Shown here piece by piece: positions 59,854-64,000 of a stretch of DNA of 64,000 nucleotides. The notes beneath the pieces are model-generated. The model was not told the origin of the DNA and made no database searches. It was given only the letters and a program-made list of their open reading frames with translations. The stretch lies in NCBI GenBank assembly GCA_965248835.1, contig CBDFLJ010000002.1:1-64000 (forward strand), written 5' to 3'. Position 1 is the stretch's first letter. Each line of letters starts with the position of its first letter. Source of the stretch: Alphaproteobacteria bacterium (GTDB taxonomy: Bacteria > Pseudomonadota > Alphaproteobacteria > MPNO01). The position numbers and the translations under genes were made by a program.

Positions 59854-60381
59854 TCAGAGCGGCTTGGCGTCGATCAGAACGAAGGCGACGGCGCAGGGCT
59901 CGGCGCCGCGGTTGACCCAGCCGTGGTTTGTGCCGCGCTGGACAACGACATCGCCGGCCCTGACGGTCACATCGGTGTCGTCAAGCAGCAGGTCGATCTC
60001 GCCGCTGATCACCACCGCGTAGTCGACGCTGCGGGTCTTGTGCATTGAGGGGTGACGCGCGGCGGCCGCATCGGAGGCATCCAGCCCGAGCTCGGCCTTG
60101 AGATCGGCATTGGAGAAGGCCGTCTCGCCGACGTCTTCGGGCGGGAAGGTGACGACACGGAAGACCGAGCCGCCGTCCGGCGGGGCGACGCCGATCTCGC
60201 GGTCGGCCTTGTCGGGCGCGCCGGCGTTGTCGGCCGGCGTTGCGTCCTCGACCCACAGGAGCGTCGAGGTCAGCCCGTTTGCCGCACGCACGCGCATGTT
60301 GGCGGCCGTCCCGTCGATCGCGACCACCGCCTTGCCGGCCGCGTCGTGGCCGGTGACGACCCGGCGGATGCCCGACGCCAT
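59854..60381 (-). CDS. cupin domain protein
   Basis: RRVVTGHD..GKA, MHKTRSVDYAVV.SGE, QRGTNHGW.N. Confidence 0.85.
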   Translation of the reverse strand: MASGIRRVVTGHDAAGKAVVAIDGTAANMRVRAANGLTSTLLWVEDATPADNAGAPDKADREIGVAPPDGGSVFRVVTFPPEDVGETAFSNADLKAELGLDASDAAAARHPSMHKTRSVDYAVVISGEIDLLLDDTDVTVRAGDVVVQRGTNHGWVNRGAEPCAVAFVLIDAKPL

Positions 60382-60387
60382 CGCCGG

Positions 60388-61461
60388 TTACTCCGCCGCC
60401 GCCTGTTCCTCGGCGAAACGGGGCATCACCGCCTCGCTGAACAGCCGCATAGAACGCGCGGCGTCCTCATAGGAGATCGTGTTGAAGTTCACCTGCAATG
60501 AGGCGTCGTCGATGCCGCCCACGATCGCGTTATAGGCGCGGATTCTCTCGATCAGCTCATCGGGCGTGCCGACCCAGGCCGCGCCCTTCTCGACCTGGGA
60601 TTCGAAGGTCTCCTTGCTGAGCGCATCGATCATCTTGTCGTAACCCTTGTAGTCGGCCGAGGTCGTGCCGCTGGTCCAGTCCGAGGCCGCCTCGACCAGG
60701 GTGCCGAGATAGTGGTTGAGCGGCTCGCGGGCGATCCTCACGGCCTCGTCGTGGTCCTCGTGGCACAGCATGTGGAAGGCGAGCATCACCCGGCCCCTGC
60801 CGGGGTGGCCGGCGGCGCGCCAAGCCTCGTGGTAGGTCTCGCACAGCTCGCGCATCGCGCCGCCGGCGATCGGGATCGCCATGATCCAATTGCCCTGGCG
60901 GCCGGCCTTCTCGAAGGACTGGGGCGTTGTGAAGGCAGCGGTCCAGAACTGCGGGCGCGGCTTCTGGGTCGGGCGCGGCAGCGAGGTGACGTTGGCGAAG
61001 CGGTGGAACGTGCCCTCCATGCTCACATTCTCCTCCTCCAGCAGCTTGGCGACCTGGGCCACGCCTTCGTCGAACCGGGCCACGGATTCGTCGAGCGAGA
61101 CGCCGAAGCGGTCGTACTCGTGCGGCAGGAACGCCCGCGCGAAGCCGATCTCCAGCCGGCCGCCGGAGATCGCATCCAGCATCGCGAGCTCGCCGGCCAG
61201 CTTGAGCGGGTTGTTGAATACCGGCAGCACCGCGCCGGTCACCAGCCGCGCTTTGGCGGTGCGCTGCGAGGCCGCGGTCAGGAAGACCACCGGGTTCGGG
61301 CTGTAGCCGCCATAGCGGTGAAAGTAGTGCTCGACGGTGCGCACGTGGGTGTAGCCGTATTCGTCACACAGCTCGCACAGGCGAAGGGCTTCGTCGAAAT
61401 AGTCCTCCGCCGACTTCTCCGCCGGTCCCACGTCGGGGAAGAACTGTATCCCGAATTCCAT
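60388..61461 (-). CDS. luciferase-like (LLM) flavin-dependent monooxygenase
   Basis: EHYF, P..LAGELAMLDAISGGRLEIG, PRPTQKPRP, VGTPDE. Confidence 0.9.
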   Translation of the reverse strand: MEFGIQFFPDVGPAEKSAEDYFDEALRLCELCDEYGYTHVRTVEHYFHRYGGYSPNPVVFLTAASQRTAKARLVTGAVLPVFNNPLKLAGELAMLDAISGGRLEIGFARAFLPHEYDRFGVSLDESVARFDEGVAQVAKLLEEENVSMEGTFHRFANVTSLPRPTQKPRPQFWTAAFTTPQSFEKAGRQGNWIMAIPIAGGAMRELCETYHEAWRAAGHPGRGRVMLAFHMLCHEDHDEAVRIAREPLNHYLGTLVEAASDWTSGTTSADYKGYDKMIDALSKETFESQVEKGAAWVGTPDELIERIRAYNAIVGGIDDASLQVNFNTISYEDAARSMRLFSEAVMPRFAEEQAAAE

Positions 61462-61483
61462 CGTCCGGTCTCCGCCTGTTGGG

Positions 61484-61527
61484 TTGACAGGCAGTGTAGC
61501 GAAGAATTTAATCCGTGTACAGAATAT
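61484..61527 (+). promoter_or_regulatory. putative sigma70 promoter for marR with an overlapping imperfect palindrome (possible MarR operator)
   Basis: TTGACA (61484), 17-nt spacer, TTTAAT (61507); imperfect inverted repeat TTAATCCGTGTACAGAATAT. Confidence 0.5.
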
Positions 61528-61540
61528 CTTTGGAACCCGC

Positions 61541-62020
61541 ATGGACGACCAGCGCCCCGCCTTCGAGCCGCCGCCAGCGCCGGACCTCGACAGCTACGAT
61601 TTGCGCGGCGCGCCGGGCCACCTGATCCGGCGCTGCCAGCAGCGTGCGATCGACCTGTTCGTCGAGGAGGTCGGCGAGGCCGGCCCGACGCCGCGCCAAT
61701 TCGCGATTCTGTTGAGCGTGCGCCAGAACCCCGGCGTCAACCAGACCGATCTGGTGCGCCTGACCGGCATCGACCGTTCGACCCTGACCGAAATTTTGCG
61801 GCGGATGGCCGCGCGCGATTGGCTGCGGCGGGACCGCAGGCCGGCCGACCAGCGGGCCAATGCGCTCCACCTGATGCCTGCGGGCGAGGCGGTGCTCAGG
61901 GCCGCCTTCGCCGCCGCCGAGCGCGCCCAGGCGCGCATCCTGGCACCCGTTGCCCCGGCCGACCGGGTGGCGGTGCTGCGTGTCCTGGAACGCCTTGCCG
62001 GCCTGGACCAGACGCCCTAA
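61541..62020 (+). CDS. MarR family regulator (PcaV-like)
   Basis: PGHLIRR, TPRQF, IDRSTL, DQRA..L. Confidence 0.88.
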   Translation: MDDQRPAFEPPPAPDLDSYDLRGAPGHLIRRCQQRAIDLFVEEVGEAGPTPRQFAILLSVRQNPGVNQTDLVRLTGIDRSTLTEILRRMAARDWLRRDRRPADQRANALHLMPAGEAVLRAAFAAAERAQARILAPVAPADRVAVLRVLERLAGLDQTP

Positions 62021-62280
62021 TAGCTCTGGGACAGGGTCTGCGAGCCCTTGCCGAATTCGGGGTAAGCCTCCAAGCCTAGTTCGACCTGGTCGAGACCGGC
62101 GAGCTCGTCCTCGGTTTCGAGGCGGATGCCGACGGTGTGGCGGATCGCAAGCCAGACCAGGGCGCTGGCGATGAAGACCATCTGGAAGAACCAGTCGGAC
62201 ATCGAGGCATAGTTGGCGCCCTCGGCGGCTTTCAAGAAGGCGGCAAGGGCGCCGGCCTTTGCTCCGTTATCGGTGCCTCC
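62017..62280 (-). pseudogene. ammonium transporter (Amt) remnant with a large internal deletion
   Basis: Early Amt motif SDWFFQMVF is fused in frame to the Amt C-terminus (GIR...DE..GLD..ELGLEAYPEF); no N-terminal helices upstream. Confidence 0.75.
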
Positions 62281-62304
62281 CTTCGGCCGGACGGCGCGGC
62301 GGGC

Positions 62305-62520
62305 TCATCGGGCAAGGCTCAGCCTCTGGGCAACCTCGCGGACCAGGACCCGATAGAGTTCGGCGATGTCCTCGGCCGATCTGCCGGTGCGCAGCAGCGC
62401 GCTCAACACGATCTCGTTCGCGGGCCATGCCGGTTCCGCCCAACCTCCGAGCGGCACTTGCGATTCGGAAGCGGTCCAAGGCGCGGCTGTCAGGGCCTCG
62501 AATACGGGCTCGGAAATCAT
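62305..62520 (-). CDS. small hypothetical protein
   Basis: 71-aa ORF with AAGGAG RBS; possible HTH-like C-terminus (GRSAEDIAELYRV). Confidence 0.45.
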   Translation of the reverse strand: MISEPVFEALTAAPWTASESQVPLGGWAEPAWPANEIVLSALLRTGRSAEDIAELYRVLVREVAQRLSLAR

Positions 62521-62641
62521 GACTGTGCGCTCCTTCAACAATGGTGCTGCGGGTCAGGCTAGCGTTGCTTAGTGTTGTCGTCTTCTGCTAGTTTTTCACC
62601 AGAGCGATGCAAATAACTCATCAGTAGGCCGGAGCGCCGCG

Positions 62642-63550
62642 ATGAGGCATCTGACGCCGTTGGTCTATATCGACCAGGTCGCCAAGGCCGGGTCGATCCG
62701 CAAGGCCGCCGAGACACTGGCGATCACGCCGTCCGCGCTCAACCGCCGGATTCTGGCGTTCGAGGACGAGCTCGGCGTGCCGATCTTCGAACGTCTGGCC
62801 CGCGGGGTGCGGCTGAACACGGCCGGCGAAGTCCTGGTCCAGCATATCCGCGGCCAGGTCGCGGATATGGCCCGGGTCCGCTCGCAGATCGCCGACCTGT
62901 CGGGCGTGCGCCGCGGACATGTGGCGATCGCCTGCAGCGAGGCCGTGCTGCGTTCTTTCCTGCCGCGCCAGATCGAGGCCTACCGCAGCGCATACCCGGG
63001 CGTGAGCTTCGCGGTGCTGCGCCGCGAGAGCGCTGCTGCCGAGCGTGCGCTGTCCGAGCACGCGGCCGACCTGGCGCTGGTCTTCGAGCCGCAGCGCTTC
63101 GTCGACTTCCAGACCATCATGACCATCGACCAGCCGGTGTTCGCCGTCATGGCGCCCGACCATCCGCTGGCCGGCCGCGACGTGCTGCGCTTGCACGATT
63201 GCCTCCAGTTCCCGCTGGCTTTGCCGCCGGCACCGGACGGCATCCGGTCCCTGCTGGAGGCGCTGGCCGCGCGCACCAACGCACGGCTCGATCTGGTTGT
63301 GCAATCCGACAGCCTCGAATTCCTGATCAATTCCGCCGCCGTGCATGGCACGGTCGCGTTCGGGCCTGCGGTCGGACTGCCGCGCGAAGGCGGTCCGACG
63401 GACCCGGTGTGTCGCCCGGTCGATCCGCGGGACATCCCGCCGCGCGTCCTCTATATGGGCCAGCTCCGTGACCGGGTGCTGCCGGTCGCCGCCGCGCGGT
63501 TCGCCGACCAACTCGCCGCGGCGTTCGTTGCCGAATACGATAGCGGCTGA
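62642..63550 (+). CDS. LysR family transcriptional regulator
   Basis: GSIRKAAETL...SALNRRI..FEDELG..IFER...GV.L. Confidence 0.92.
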   Translation: MRHLTPLVYIDQVAKAGSIRKAAETLAITPSALNRRILAFEDELGVPIFERLARGVRLNTAGEVLVQHIRGQVADMARVRSQIADLSGVRRGHVAIACSEAVLRSFLPRQIEAYRSAYPGVSFAVLRRESAAAERALSEHAADLALVFEPQRFVDFQTIMTIDQPVFAVMAPDHPLAGRDVLRLHDCLQFPLALPPAPDGIRSLLEALAARTNARLDLVVQSDSLEFLINSAAVHGTVAFGPAVGLPREGGPTDPVCRPVDPRDIPPRVLYMGQLRDRVLPVAAARFADQLAAAFVAEYDSG

Positions 63551-63576
63551 TGATCGATCAATAGGAGGCGTCTGCG

Positions 63577-64000
63577 ATGAGCGAGGCACGAATCGGCAAG
63601 CCGGTCCGGCGCGAGGAGGATTTCAGGCTGCTGCGCGGCCGTGGGCGCTACGCCGACGACGTGAACGCGCCGGGTCAGGCGCGTGCCTATGTGCTGCGGT
63701 CACCGCACGCCCACGCCGAGGTCCGCGGCATCGAGGTCGGCGCTGCGCTGCAATCACAAGGCGTGCTGGCGGTGCTGACCGGCGAGGATCTCGCGGCGCG
63801 CAGGCTGGGCGCGCTTACGCCCGCCTTTGCCGGCATGCGCAGCGACGGCAGGCCGGGCTATGCCTGCTCGCAGCCGCTCCTGGCCCAGGGCCGGGTGCGG
63901 TTCGCGGGCGAGCCGGTCGCCTTCATCATCGCCGAGACCGTGGAGGCGGCCAAGGACGCGGCCGAGCGCATCGCGGTCGACTACACGCCTCTGCCCGCGG
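63577..64000 (+). CDS. xanthine dehydrogenase/CoxL-family large subunit, 3'-truncated by window edge
   Basis: Hand translation: MSEARIGKPVRREEDFRLLRGRGRYADDV...VLRSPHAHA...VRFAGEPVA; RBS AGGAGG. Confidence 0.88.
   Translation, partial: MSEARIGKPVRREEDFRLLRGRGRYADDVNAPGQARAYVLRSPHAHAEVRGIEVGAALQSQGVLAVLTGEDLAARRLGALTPAFAGMRSDGRPGYACSQPLLAQGRVRFAGEPVAFIIAETVEAAKDAAERIAVDYTPLPA

Noticed and set aside
1-64000. CRISPR arrays, IS/transposases, integrases, tRNA/rRNA, defence systems
   Set aside because: No regularly spaced repeats, terminal inverted repeats or relevant protein motifs were seen by eye

Overview
High-GC (roughly 70% by eye) chromosomal window that looks alphaproteobacterial (dapF-mtaB-ftsY block, alpha-type LexA boxes). 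It is densely coding. Housekeeping loci (dapF-mtaB-ftsY, nrdAB, speDE) sit among many small-molecule catabolic genes: an fcs/ech/AbmA-like cluster, two NicX-like dioxygenases, two Rieske alpha subunits and four Mo-hydroxylase large subunits without partner subunits. I recognised no rRNA, tRNA, CRISPR array or mobile element. The strongest candidate for an undescribed system is at 26.8-31.7 kb. There a clear MntR is divergently transcribed from an operon encoding a secreted atypical di-heme cytochrome c (CcP/MauG superfamily) and a PhnDCE-like ABC transporter. A near-perfect MntR-type operator overlaps the promoter, and the binding protein has lost the oxyanion-binding residues in favour of His/Glu, suggesting a redox-coupled metal (Mn?) uptake system. 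Other candidates are an orphan-eboE/M24/TPP-dehydrogenase catabolic operon and a Rieske-kinase-divergent enolase-2-hydroxyacid dehydrogenase operon. All family calls are from motif recognition, not database searches.
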